A stretch of DNA of 64,000 nt from NCBI RefSeq assembly GCF_004010195.1, contig NC_057752.1:10333737-10397736 (forward strand). Direction: 5' to 3'. Both the position numbers and the translations under genes were made by a program. Each line of letters opens with the position of its first letter. The stretch's first letter is position 1. The notes under the pieces were generated by a model. That model was not told where the DNA came from. It did no database searches and worked only from the letters and a program-made list of their open reading frames with translations. This document shows, in pieces, positions 37,770-51,169 of the stretch. This stretch comes from Chiloscyllium plagiosum (lineage: Eukaryota).

Positions 37770-38990
37770 TGGTTGAAGGAATGTTTGCTTTGGGGGAAAG
37801 GATTCTCAATCTACTCTCCGTGCCCTTGAAACTTTTCCCCAGCCGCCTCTGCAAGGAAAACAAACCCAGCCCCTCCTTGTAACTGATCTTGGGCAACATT
37901 CTGGTGAATCTCCCCTGCACCTGCTCCAGTACAATAATATCCTTCTGATTTATGCAGTTCTGGTCGCTACACTTTTTTTCACTGGCCTAACCAATGTTTT
38001 TTATAATTTTTTTTGTGTGTGAGACAAGACTTCCATCCTCCATATTCTACATCCTGGCTCATCTTGGAACCCCTACAGTGTGGACAGAGGCCATTTGGCC
38101 CATCAAATCTGCGTCAAACCTCCAAAGAGCATTCCATGCAGACAGTTTAACAAGGCCAATCCCACCTAACCCCCACATCTTTGAATTGTGGGAGAAAACT
38201 GGAGCACCTGGCAGAAACCTATGCAGACATGGAAAAGAGTGCAAACTCCACACAGTCACCTGGGTCCCTGGCACTGAGAGGCAGCAGTGCTAACCATGCT
38301 GTCCTATGAAGGCAAACATCCCATTAGCCTTCTGCAATACCCTGTCTACCTGTGCTGACACCCTCTGGGATCTTTGGGATTTGTATACAAAGTCCCTCCG
38401 TTGCTCCGTACTCCCAAGGGATCACTGTGAACATCCTTCCCTTAGACGACTCAATGCATCGCCTCATTCTTTATCAGGATTAAATTCTATCTGCCATTGC
38501 TTTGCCCAGTTTACCAACTGATCAATATCTGACTGTAGCCTCCGGGCGTCATCCTCATCACCGCCACCAATTTTTTGCTATCAACAAACTTAAACCGTTG
38601 ACATCCAAGTCATTAGCTAGCATAAGAACAGCAAGGATCCCACCACCAATCCCTATAGTACATTGCTGTTCACAAGCTTCCTAAAAAATCAACCCATCAC
38701 CTTTGTCTCCTACTTGTATGTCCAATTTTTGGATCTAGTTTGTCAACTTGTCTTGAATCCTGTGAGAACTGGAGAGTCAGAGTGGGTAAGAGGGAAGCTG
38801 GAAAAAGCACAGCAGATCAAGAATGAAGAGTGGGGCTATGAGCTCTTGCCTTTCTGGGCCAGCTTTCAATGTGGGACCCAGACAAAGGTCTTGCTGAAGT
38901 CCATGTAAACTGGTAACTGCACAACCACCATCAAAAATTGGCTTTTTTTTTGAAAGTCATTTGTTAGGCAGGATCTCCCTCTAACAAATC
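37770..38990 (-). mobile_element. Old CR1 LINE fragment containing an HE1 SINE (about 38066-38304)
   Basis: Degenerate CR1 motifs (ggcctaaccaatg, aaattctatctgcca, ttgctgaagtccatg) interrupted by an HE1 head, core and tail. Confidence 0.75.
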
Positions 38991-39282
38991 TGCTGTATTC
39001 CCATTTCATTCTCCACTTTTCTCAAGATTTAAACCACTGATCCCAGTAGTTTATTACTTCATTTGTGGAAAGTGGGACATTGCTGGCTGGGCTAGCGTTT
39101 ATTGCCCACCTCCTGTTCACCCTTTTAAGGTGGTGGTGAGTTGCTGCCTCAAACTGCTGCAATCTACTTTGTCTGTTCACTAATCCTACAAACGTCTGAT
39201 TTATTTCTTGTCTTTCAAATTTAATCACAAAGCTCCAAAAGCAAGCTTGTTCTAAAGTCCTAGAAATGTACAACACTGTAAC

Positions 39283-42200
39283 ACCCTTCGGTCCAACCTG
39301 TCCATGCCAGCCAGATATCCCAATTTAATCTAGTTCCACTTGCCAGCACTTGGTCCACATCCCTCAACCCTTCCTATCCATATACCCATATACATTAAAA
39401 AAAAACTCGGATGTTCGTGAGACATGATTTCCCACACACAAAGCAGTGTTGACTATCCCTAATCAGTCCTTGCCTTTCCAAATATATATACATCCTGTCC
39501 CTCAGGATTCCCTCCAACAACATACCCACCACTGACATCAGGCTCACCGGTCTGTAGTTCCCTGGCTTGTCCTTACCACCTTTCTTACTACCAGATGCCT
39601 TTTTAAATATTGTAATTTTACCAGCTGCCTCCTTTGCCTCTAGCAGCTCATTCCATACACACACAACCCTCTGCATGAAAAAGTTGCCCATTAGGTCCCT
39701 GTTATATCTTGTCCCCCTCACCCTAAACTTATGCCCTGTAGTTCTGACTCCCCCGCCTCAGGGAAAAGACTTTTTGTCTATTTACCCTATCCGTGCCCCT
39801 CATCATTTTATGAACCTTTATAAGGTCACCCCTCAGCCTCTGACACTCCAGGGAAAACAGCCCCAGTCTGTTCAACCTCCCCCTATATAGTTCAAATCCT
39901 TCAACCCTGGAAGCATCCTTGGAAATCTTTTCTGAACCCTCAACTTTCACAATGTCCTTCCGATAAGAAGGAGACCAGAATTGCACGCAATATTCCAACA
40001 ATGGCCTATCCAATGTCCTGGCACCTCATTTATCTAAATTAAACTCCATCTGCCACTTCTCAGTCCATTGGCCCATCTGATCAAGATCCTGTTGTACTGA
40101 GGTAATCACCTTCGCTGTCCACTAAACCTCCAACGTTGGTGTCATCTGCAAACTTACTAACTATACCTCTTATGTTCGCATCCAAATCATTTGTATAAAT
40201 GATAAGTAGTGGACCCAGCACTGATCCTTGTGGCACTCCACTGGTCACAGGTCTCCAGTCTGAAAAACCTCTGTCTTCGACCTTCGAGCCAGTTCTGTAT
40301 CCAAATGGCTAGTTCTCCCTGTATTTCCGTGAGATCTAACCTTGCTAACCACTCTCCAATGGGGACCCTTGTCAAACGCCTTACGAAAGTCCATATAGAT
40401 CACAGCAACCACTCTACCCTCATCAATCCTCTGTTACTTCAAAAAACTCAGTAATGTTCGTGAGACATGATTTCCCACACAAAAAGCAGTATTGACTATC
40501 CCTAATCAGTCCTTGCCTTTCCAAATACATATACATCCTGTCCCTCAGGATTCCCTCCAACAACTTGCCTGACATCAGGCTCACTGGTCTGTAGTTACCT
40601 GGCTTGTCCTTTATCACCTTACTTAAATAGTGGCACCATGTTAGCCAGCCCTCCAGTCTTCCAGCACCTCACCTGTGATTATCGATGATACAAATATCTC
40701 TGTAAGGGGCCCAGCAATCACTTTCCTCAGCTTCCCACAAAGTTTTAGGGTACACCTGATCAGGTCCTGGGGATTTATTCACTTGTATGCGTTCAAGACA
40801 TCCAGCACTTCCTCTGTAATATGGACATTTTGCAAGATCTCACGATCTATTCCCCTACATTTTGTCTCTTCCTTGTCCTTCTCCACAGTAAATGCTGATA
40901 CAAAATATTCATTTAGTATCTTCCCCCATCTCCTGCAGCTCCACACAAAGGCCACCTTGCTGATCTTTGAGGGGTGCTATTCTCTCCCAAGTTACCCTTT
41001 TGTCTTTAATATATTTGTAAAAATCCTTTTGGATTCTCCTTAACTCTATTTGCCAAAGTTATCACATGTCCTCTTTTTGCCCTCCTGATTTCCCTCAAGT
41101 AAATTCCTGCTGCCTATATACTCTGAAGGATTCACTCAATCGCTCCTGTCTTTACCATATGCTTCCTTTTTCTTAACCAAATCTTCAATTTTCCCCAGTC
41201 ATCCAGCATTCTCTATACCTACCAGCCTTACCTTTCACCCTAACAGGAATATGCTGTCTCTGGACGCTCATTATCTCATTTCTGAAGGCTTCCCATTTTC
41301 CAGTTGCCCCCAATCAACTTTTGAAAGTTCTTGCCTAATACCATCAAAATTAGCCTTTCTCCAATTTAGAACTTCAACTTTTAGACCTGGTCTATCCTTT
41401 TCCATCGCTATTTTAAATCTAATAGAATTATGGTCGCTGGCCCCAAAGTGCTCCCCCCCTGCCCCTGACACCTCAGTCACCTGTCTTGCCTTATTTCCCA
41501 AGAGTAGGTTAAGTTTTGCACCTTCTCTAGTAGGTACATCCACATACTGACACAAATTTTCTTGTGTACACTTAACAAATTCCTCTCCATCTAAACCCTT
41601 AATACTATGGCAGTCCCAGTCGATGTTTGTTTGGAAAGTTAAAATCCCCTACCATAACCACCCTATTATTCTTACAGATAACTGAGATCTCCTTAAAGTC
41701 TATGTCTCAATTTCCTGCTGACTATTAGGGGGTCTATAATACAATCCCAATAAGGTGATCATCCCTTTTCTTATTTCTCAGTTCCACCCAAATAACTTCC
41801 CAGAATGTATTTCTGGGAACATCCTCCCTCAGTACAGCTGTAATGCTATCCCTTATCAAAAATGCCACTCCCCCTCATCTCCTCCCTCCCTTTCTATCCT
41901 TCCTGTAGCATTTGTATCCTGGAACATTAAGCTGCCAGTCCTGCCCATCCCTGAGCCATGTTTCTGTAATTGCCATGATATCCCAGTCCCATGTTCCTAA
42001 CCATGCCCGGAGTTCATCTGCCTTCCCTGTTAGGTCTCTTGCATTGAAATAAAAGCAGTTTAATTTATCTGTCCGATATTGTTTTCTGCTCTGTCCCTGA
42101 CTGACTCGCTTCTGTTCTCAACTGTAACAGTCTCTGATCTCTCCTCACTATCTCCCTGGATCCAAACCCCCACCATACTAGCTTAAGTCCTCCTGAGCAG

Positions 42201-42520
42201 CTCTAGCAAATCTCCCTGCCAGTGTATTAGTCCCCTTCCAATTTAGGTGCAATCCTTCCTTCTTGTACAGTTCACTTCTACCCCAGAAGAGATTCCAATG
42301 ATCAAAAAATGTAAATCCTTCTCCCATACACCAGCTCCTCAGCCATGCATTCATCTGCTCTATCCTCCTAATCCTGCCCTCACTAGCTCATAGCACCAGG
42401 AGTAATCCAGATATTACTACCCTTGAGGGACCACCTCCTTAAATTCCTGCCTAACTCTATATTCTCCCTTCAGAATCTCATCCTTTTTCCCTTCCTATGT
42501 CGTTGGTTCCAATGTGTACT
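39283..42520 (-). mobile_element. Long HER1-type CR1 LINE (ORF1 C-terminus, APE, RT, tail), disrupted
   Basis: ORF1 esterase-like end (GTNTLAGRFARAA), APE motifs PTREGAKL and GASDHNSIRF, RT KDKPGNYRPVSL and GKSCLTN, with internal deletions. Confidence 0.92.
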
Positions 42521-43659
42521 ATTAATACTAAAATAATCAAAGTATCTTCCACTGTAAAGACTGCAAAATATTTAACTCCTGCCATTTCCTTCCTCATAAT
42601 GTCCCCCCAGATTCATTTTTTCAAAGGGGTTTGTTTACTTTGATCTCTTTTCCCCCCCCCCCCCCCCATCTTTTGATTATTTAAATCTTTTTTTTGTATT
42701 CTTCACTGGTTTGCCTTCAGTTTATTTTCTCTAACCTCTTTAGTCCTTAGCCAGATTCTGAAATTATTCCAGTCCTTGGGGCTATCACTAACTTTTGCTT
42801 TATGTTCTCTTTCTTTCAACTTGGTCTCTCCTTAACCAGTCATGGTTAAATGATGAAGTTAATCATACAAAATCTTTGCTTCTTGTTCCAAAAACCTTGT
42901 GTGCAAAGCCTTAAATTGCATTGTACCAAATGACATTTTCTCTTTTCTGTCCTTTTTTGGTTTTCTGTTAATAATCAACCACATTAACCAGCAAATCTAC
43001 TGAAGCAGCAACTGAAAGCCCCCCTACTATTTATTTATTAAAACCCTGTCACAGTCCTAATTGTGATACATCCAGGACTCTGGTTCCAACCTGATTTAAG
43101 GTGGAACCAGTCCAAAGGAACAGCTCCCTCCTCCTCCTTCACCCCACCCCACCCTTTGCTGGTGCTAATGTCCCATGAATTTTAACTTTTTTTTTAAACC
43201 AATCTTTGAGCCACTTCTTTGACACAGGGTCAACAAGATTGAAGAGAGAATTTGCTTGTGGCTCAGGAAGTAATCTGGAGATTAAAAAAGCAGAACCAAA
43301 AAAGGTTAATTTGGCGCTTAGCTGCTCATCCATTTTTTTTTTCCTACCTACATCATTGGTATCCCTATGGACCACCGGGTAGTAGTGGAAAAGAAAATGA
43401 GATTGAGGAGACTGGTCTCTAACAAAGAGAGAATCCAAAACACTCCCATCAGTATACAGAGAATAACAGGGTGGTAACAGGTGTAGTTGAAGGACCAAGA
43501 ATAAATTTGTATAGAGGTAGGGTGTATGGCACTGTTAGTGCTAGAGCTATATGTGTCTGTCTTTATCAGAAGTGGTTAAGGAGGGGTATTGACACAAAGA
43601 TGGTTTTCACAGCCTGCTTATACACTGTAGGGATTCTATTTGGTCTATGAAGTACACAG

Positions 43660-43915
43660 CAACCCTCTGAAGACCATTTCTCTGTCCACCCTCCCACAAC
43701 CACCACCACCATTACAAATCCACCCAGCCTGCACACCCCTGGTCACTATATGGGGCAATTTAGCATAGCCAATCCACCAACCCCCACATCTTTGGACTGT
43801 GGGAGGAAATCCCCACAGACACTGGGAGAATGTGCAAACTGTACACAGTAGCTCTCGGCTAGAATCAAGCCCAGGTCTCTGGAGCTGTAAGGCAGAAGTG
43901 CTAACTAACCACTGA
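43660..43915 (-). mobile_element. HE1-type V-SINE
   Basis: gggcaatttagcatagccaatccacc...cacatctttggactgtgggagg...gtgcaaact...gtgctaac. Confidence 0.82.
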
Positions 43916-44369
43916 TCTAAAAGTTAATTTCCAAGCAAAGGTGAGAAAGCTGGCTGTACTTGGATAAGATGTCAGATCTTCTTGAGAGAAGAAAGTGTGG
44001 AAATTGGAGGCACTAACCTTCCTTTTTCTACTTCACAAATAGTGGGGAAGGACTGGGAATTGTGCCAAGATGAGCCCAGCAATGAAGGCCTGTTAGTTTA
44101 ACCTGTAGTTGAAAGTATTTTTCTTCTTAATGGGCCTGGCCAGACCCAACCCTTTTGGCTGTTGTAAGGTGGATATCCCAGGAGTGATGCAGCTGGTCAA
44201 ACCACTCTGCTTTAAACAAAACAATTCTCAAACACACTGGATGAAATGCTATCAAAAGAAAACAGAATTAGTCAGTTTTATTCTATCATAACTTAATGAA
44301 GCTGGTCCAATTCTTGCAACATCCTATAAACATACCCCTTGACAAAAGATAAATTCAAACACCGGGTCC

Positions 44370-45880
44370 ATAAGATAGAAGAGCAGAAGGTAAGCTATTC
44401 AGCCCATTGAGTCTGCTCTGCTGTTCAATCATGGCTGAAGTTACTCTACTCCATTCTCTTGCTTTCTCCCTATAACCTTTAATACTTGAGAACCTATCTC
44501 CAACTTAAATACACTCAATGACCTGGCCTCCACACTGCCTTCTGTGGCAATGAATTCCCTAGATTCACCACTCTCTCTGGCTGAAGTTTTTTCTTATCTC
44601 CATTCTAAAAGGTCTTCTCTTTTTACTCTGAGGCTATGCCCTGAGGTCATCGTGTCTGACCAATGGAAACAACTTCCCAACATCTACACTGTCCAGGCTA
44701 TTCAGTATTGTGTTTCAGTTAAAGCCCCCTCAGCATTCTAAGCTCCAAGTTATAAATCAAGAGACCTTGTCTTTTTCAAATGAGATGAGATTCCCGACAG
44801 TGCAGAAACAGGCCCTTTGGCCCAACAAGTCCACACTGACCCCTGAAGAGTAGCCCACCCAGACCCATTCACCTACTCCCTACTAATGCACCCGTCGCAA
44901 TGGGCAATTTATCATGGCCAATTCACTTGACCTGCACATCTTTGGACTGAGAGGAAACCGGAGTCCCGGAGGAAACCCATGCAGACACGGGGAGAATGTG
45001 CAAACTCCACACACAGTTGCCCGAGACCGGAATCTAATCCGTGTCCCTGGCGCTGCGAGGCAGCAGTGCTAACCACTGAGCCACTGTGCTGCCCCACAGT
45101 TAAGCTTTTCATTCCTGGGACCATTCATGAACCACCTCTGAACACACTTCAGTGTCAGTACATGCTCTGAGAGATGGGGCCCAAAACTGCTCACATTACT
45201 CCAAGTGTGGTCTGACCAGAGTCTCTTAGAGCCTCAGAAGCACATTCCTGCTTTTATATTCAAGTCCTCTCAAAAGCCATCATAGCATTTGTCTTCCTAA
45301 CTACTGACTCAACCTGCAAGTTTACCTTGAGAGAATCTAGGGTTAGAACTCTCCAGTCTCTTTGCAGTTCAGACTCCTGAATTTTCTCCCCATTTAGAAA
45401 ATAGTCCATGCCCCCCTCCTTCCTACCAAAGTGCATGACCTCTCACTTTCCCATTTCTACTCCATCTGCCATGTCTTTGCCCACTCTCCTAACCTGTCTA
45501 AATGCTTTTGCAGCCCCCCCCCCCCACCACCTCATTGCTACCCATCCCTCTACCTTTCTTTCTATCATCTGCAAGCATAGCCAGGATGCCCTCAGTTCCT
45601 TCGAGATTGTTAATGTATAAAGTGAAAAGTTGTGGTCCCAACACTGAGCCTTGCGGAACACAATTTGTCACCAGCTGCCATCCTGAGGAGGACTTTTTTT
45701 TATCCCCACTCTGTGCTTTCTGCCCGACAACCAAGCTTCTTTCCATGCTAGCACCTTGCCTCTGAAACCATGGGCCCTTGCCTTACTCAGTAGCCTGCAT
45801 GGCACCTTGTCAAAAGTTGTTTTGAAGTTCAGGGAGATAACAAACATTGGCTCTCCTTGGTCTAACCTGCTTTTTACTTC
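44370..45880 (-). mobile_element. CR1 LINE 3' part (different subfamily) with nested HE1
   Basis: [23 protein letters not shown] motif. Tail ccataagatagaagagcag...attcagcccattgagtctgctc. Confidence 0.85.
44783..45095 (-). mobile_element. Full-length HE1-type V-SINE
   Basis: Head GGGCAGCACAGTGGCTCAGTGGTTAGCACTGCTGCCTCG, full core and tail. Confidence 0.92.
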
Positions 45881-46437
45881 CTAAAAAGACAAGTAGAAGA
45901 GTTTTCTTTTAAAGAGAAAGTTCTGGCAAAACTTCTGTTGAAGCACTGAGCCCCTTTTCACTGTAGCTGCTTCTCTCCGTCCCCAGCAGTTTTTGACTGC
46001 TTGCTTTAAAAAAAATAACAAGCTAGGAGGAAACCTGTACTGGCCACTCCCCTGCTATTGTGGAAAGTAACCATTTCCAGACAAATCAGTACCTCTGCCT
46101 TTCTGACCCTCTTGGGTAGAAAACAAAGGATGATGTCACCTTGTTAAAGGGGCAGCAGCATCAATACATTTTAGAAGCTCTAATCTGGGGTAAAATTAAC
46201 TTTGCTTGGGATGAAGAAAGTCCACATGGATTTGTTAGAGGCACGTTGTTTAACTAGATGAGTGTCATTGACAATAATGGGGCTTTCAAAAGATGTTTAT
46301 TAAAGTGCCAGATAATAAGTTTGTCAAGCTCATTCTATGGGCCTTGGACAAATTGTATTACCCTGCAGAGGATTTAAGGAATTAATAGCAGAACAGGCTG
46401 TGTTTTGAACAGAGTTTTTGTTCCTTGCCCCATTAAG

Positions 46438-47237
46438 TGTTGGCCGAGTAGGAGCAGCTGGCTTTCCCTGTGACACCTGCTCCTGGTGAAGCATGCTAAA
46501 GCTTGGTGACTTCAGAAGTGTCACAAAGCAAACTTAACCAGACAAAAAATCCTATAAGATTTCAACTTTGGGATTTTTTTTTTGGCAGTCAAAAGTCTGA
46601 ACCACATTGTGCAAAAATTGAATCGTAGACTCATCCTGTGACAGAACCTGTTGATTGGAATTGTAGCTAAATGACGCTGTTAATCAGTAATCGCTAATGT
46701 AATGCTGTCGCTTTAAACATGTTATGTCCTTGGTTTTTTTGGAAGGGTTGTAAAGGCAGAGGTGCCCAAGGGTCTAGTTTCCCCATGGAAGGGGAGTGTC
46801 CACTTCAGGTTTTTTCTAGGGGCTTTTGTTTGTTAAAGCTGTAGTAGTCTCCATGTGAGTCCAGGGGAGTTGCATGTAAAGAACTCCTCTGACCACCTTC
46901 TGAAATCTCCTCTTGGATGTCGTTGCCTCTTGCCTGTAAGAATCTGTTTTGAACTTACCTTTTTTGCCAAAGGGTATACTTAAGGGATGTTACAGTATGG
47001 AACAGTTATTAGTAATAGCTACTGTATCAGCAGTTAAGTTTTCCAATAGTTCTTAATTTTGTTTTCTTTTGATCATGTTTCAACTGTAGTGTTTAAATTC
47101 TGTTTTACTTAAAGCTGAGTGGTTTGACCAGTTACATTACATCTGGAATACCCATTTCACATCTGGTAAAATAAGGAAAATGTTAGGGTATAGGCTACCT
47201 CAAAACATTTTGACAGAGTCTGGCTTGGTCCAGAACA
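46438..47237 (+). mobile_element. Probable solo LTR inserted in a + strand CR1 remnant
   Basis: TGTT...AACA termini with near-identical 5-bp flanks ttaag/ctaag. 3' end gtctggcttggtccagaaca resembles that of 61460-62659. Confidence 0.55.
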
Positions 47238-47794
47238 CTAAGTGGGGTTGAGGCTTAACTAAAGGGGTTTTTATTTGGTTGCTGCATGCAATAAAGTTTT
47301 AAATAATTATTTCTTATTTGATTTGATTTCATAGGCTACTTTTTGTTTTAAATTCGGCTACTTAAAGTTAAGAACACTTTATGCACAGAACTGAGTGCAA
47401 TCTGAAGTATTGTGAACTATTGGGAGGATGGTGTATCAGCATCTTGCAGAGGATAAGTTATGAAGTGCTGCATTCACTTAGAGGAGAGCTTTAAATTTTA
47501 AAAGGATGCTATTCTGAAGAGTGCTGGCACAAAGACTGGGTATGGGTGTACAAATAACTTGAAGGCAGACTGGTTAAGAAAGTATGAGCTTCTGGGCTTT
47601 GTAAATGGAGGTAGAGTACATAGTGAATTTTTGTTTTAAACCTTAACTGAAGTATTGATCTTGAAGGATATGAAGGGTTGAGGTTGTGCAAAAGATTTGA
47701 GAATTGTTCCATGCTTGAGATAATTGAGGAAGAATTAGAAAAGTTAGATTTGATCAATTTCTTAGTTCAGGTGGCTAGACAGGAAGTCTCCTTG

Positions 47795-48393
47795 GTTAAA
47801 AACAATGACTGCAGATGCTGGAAACCAGATTCTGGATTAGTGGTGTTGGGAGAGCACAGCAGTTCAGACAGCATCCAAGGAGCTTCGTAATCGATGTTCC
47901 GGGCAAAAGCCCTTCATCAGGAATAAAGGCAGTGAGCCTGAAGCGTGGAGAGATAAGATAGAGGAGGGTGGGGATGGGGAGAAAGTAGCATAGAGTACAA
48001 TAGGTGTGTGGGGGAGGGGATGAAGGTGATAGGTCAGGGAGGAGAGGGTGGAGTGGATAGGTGGAAAAGGAGCTAGGCAGGTCGGACAAGTCATGGGGAC
48101 AGTGCTGAGCTGGAAGTTTGGAACTAGGGTGAGGTGGGGGAAGGGGAAATGAAGAAACTATTGAAGTCCACATTGCCCTGGGGTTGAAGTGTTCCGAGGC
48201 AGAAGATGAAGCGTCGTTCCTCCAGGCGTCTGGTGGTGAGGGAGTGGCGGTGAAGGAGGTCCAGGACCTCCGTGTCCTCGGCAGAGTGGGAGGGGGAGTT
48301 GAAATGTTGGGCCACGGGGCGATGTGGTTGATTGGTGCGGGTGTCCTGGAGATGTTCCCTAAAGCACTCTGCTAGGAGGCGCCCAGTCTCCCC
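47795..48393 (-). mobile_element. 5'-truncated Penelope-like element (GIY-YIG C-half + pLTR)
   Basis: GETGRLLAECFREH...PVAQHFNSPSHS...RRLEE..FIF.LGTLQPQG.N motif. 3' region nearly identical to 17610-17951. HHR core mutated (GAAA to GGAA). Confidence 0.92.
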
Positions 48394-49826
48394 TTCCCTG
48401 TTTGGAAGGATTGTAGAGACCAGAGGGGACAGAGTAAAGATTAGCAAAATAAAGGCAGCAAGTGTAACTTTTTTAAAACCCAAGAAGCGGTTAGGATCTG
48501 GAATGCACTGCATGAGAAGTTGGTGGCAGCAGGTTCAGTTGTGGCTTTCAAGAGGGAATTGGATAAGCACCTAGAGAAGAAGAAACTGTAGGGTTACAGG
48601 AAAAGATGGGCAAGTAGGATGATGAATTGGCCTTGCAGAGTGCCAAACTTGAGGCAAATAATTACACACCTTCAGCTGTTTTGATATGTACTTGCATTGT
48701 AAAATTGTTAAATGGAACCTGTAACATTACAAAATGTAACCTTATTTTGTTAGCAGTAGTCTTCAGTAAATAGACTACAAATAACTTTCAGCATACTCTG
48801 CTGATCCAGTCTGGCTTATAACTAATCCATTTGGCCAAACTGTTAAATCTGCTGACAAGTGATGTAATGTCATTGCTTTAAAACACTTGTTTGTGATGCA
48901 GTCTATAGTTGCCAGTGTGAAACTTTGGAAGTTATTTGGAGATGTGTATTATTGCTTTCTACCCTGTCAATTATAATCTTATTTAACCTTTTTCTATAGA
49001 TCAGCCAACATTTGAAACCTTTTTTTTTTTACTGACCTATCTGATTAAAGATGCAGGTAGAATTTGCCAACTTTTCTTGAATAGTATCTTCCAGATCCTC
49101 CAAGTGCTTCAGAGCCAGTTGAGTTTTTTTTGACTTACAAACTGGCACTCCAGCCAGTTTGCATGAGATCCAACAAGGAAGAAATTAGTAACTATTTTTT
49201 TAGGTGCTTGTTTACTCCAATTTCTAACATTTTGAAAGTAACCAACCTGTGACTTGGGCCTGAACCGATGTGAGGCGCCTTTCCTGCCTGGAGTTTGGCA
49301 CGAGGCCAGAACTTTTGTTTAAACATTGCAGATCTTTTAACAACTTTTGAAGCTAACATCGTGGACAGAGCCATCATATTCTGGAGTGAGCCAGTTATGC
49401 TGGGCAAGATTTCAGTAAACTGAGCTAGTGAGCACAGGCCCAAGCATTCCTGCTCATTCCAATTGTCTGATGTTTGCAAAAGTGTTTCTATTAAAATATT
49501 ATTCCAGCCTTGTTCTGATTTTTTTTTTTGTTTTGAAGGAAGGTACATTGAAATTGTGCTCCCTCCTTTTCTACTTCTGTGGTGTGAATCAGATTCCTGT
49601 TTATTGCAAAGCATTGCTAATTACTAGTGAAAGTCATAACCCAAATTGATATACTACATTAGTGCTGAAACTAGTGTAAATGAATCTCCTACCACTCCTC
49701 CTTTCTCCCTCTTTCTCCCCCCCCCCCCCCCCCCCCCCAACATGTAAACATTGTTTACACTATTTTTATTGGTTTGAAATTTTTAACAATTGCCAAGAGT
49801 GTTCACTGACCTTTTTTAAATTTCAG

Positions 49827-49967
49827 AGTACCCTCAACATTAGCAATTCCAATTTCTATACTGTTTCTGTGGATTCACTCACCTGTCAAGTCCAGTACAT
49901 GAAAACTGTGATTGGAACAAAGCAGCTGAGCAATGTTTCTGTTATACCACCTCTGAGTGAGAAACAG
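49827..49967 (+). CDS. TMEM106C: TMEM106C coding exon 4 (luminal domain)
   Basis: Acceptor tttcag|, donor CAG|gtactt, 141 nt, phase 0-0. STLNISNSNFYTVSVDSLTCQVQYMKTVIGTKQLSNVSVIPPLSEKQ. Confidence 0.95.
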
Positions 49968-50290
49968 GTACTTGTGCCATGTTTTATTGTCTTTTTGTTT
50001 TTCGTTGTGCTGTCTGTTATGTAGATGAGTGTTCACTCATGCACAATACAGCTTGCCAAAGGACCTGAGGCAATTGGTTCCTAACTAAATGCGTAGGTGT
50101 CCCAGAAACTGGCAAAGGATCATTGCGGTATTATGTAAACTAACCTCATTCAAGAGTCTATTCTTTCACCCTCCTGTGACGATCAAGGAAGATTTGAATC
50201 CTTGTCAGAAGTGTGACTAATAAGGTTCGATTTGCTACCTCTTTATACAGTGAATGATGGTATCTTGTATCTATATTGCTAATCTTGCAG

Positions 50291-50340
50291 GTGAACTACA
50301 CTGTCCGAATGGAGTTCAGTGGTTCTCTAACATATGTATA
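50291..50340 (+). CDS. TMEM106C: TMEM106C coding exon 5 (VNYTVRMEFSGSLTYVY)
   Basis: Branch-like gctaat and acceptor cttgcag|, donor TA|gtaagt, 50 nt. Frame continuous with exons 4 and 6. Confidence 0.93.
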
Positions 50341-51169
50341 GTAAGTAAAATTTTCTACTTTTTTGAAATCTGCTGGCATTTAGGTCATTCTATGCAAGTA
50401 TATTATGATTTTATTCAATAAATGTCTGTTATCTGTACTATGACTACATGGCAAAGGTCTCCATACCATTAATTTGAAAATACTAAACTTCTATTCAACG
50501 TAAATAACTAAACAAATACTGTCATCCTCAGTGGCATTGATCAGAACTTCACTGGACTAGACTTTAAATATTAGGCTGCAGAAGTAGGCCAGAGGCTGGC
50601 AATTCTGTAGTGAGTAGCTTGCCTCTAAACCTGCACACCCCCCAACTGTGGGCAAGCTTTGATCTCAGGAGTGAGAAGAATCTATGCTTGCCTGGCTGAG
50701 TGCAGCTCCAAGGAAACCACACCCCATCAAGGCTTAGAACTAAACTTGTTAATAAGGTCATGTGTTCATCCTTGTTTTATTGCTCAGATCTCCAATTTAA
50801 AATTGAAGCACTGGGGGTAGCTTGGAAAGTTTATTTAGAGAATTAATTTTCTCTCATTGTGCATTGTTTTTGGTAAAATGAAATTAAATTGACTTGTCCC
50901 CTGGTACTTTCACATGTTGGAAATGTGAATTTGTGGTGTGATGGCACCTAAAATTTGAGGGACTGGGTTTTTAGTGCAACTTGGTAATTGGCTACTGTTT
51001 AATGCTGTAGACGTATTGCCAAAATTTGTGCTATTGGTTTTTGGCTATTTCCTTTTAATCCCAACTTTTTTGAGTTGGTTGGGATGAAATGAAAGCTGTC
51101 GTTTTTTTTTTTGTCTGAGGATAGTTTTTTTTGAGCTTCTAGGTTTTTGTTCAGGAAATTGTGGTTGGA

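Noticed and set aside
39283..42520. Possible intact autonomous LINE
   Set aside because: Multiple frameshifts, stops and internal deletions. No TE in the window retains a complete ORF.
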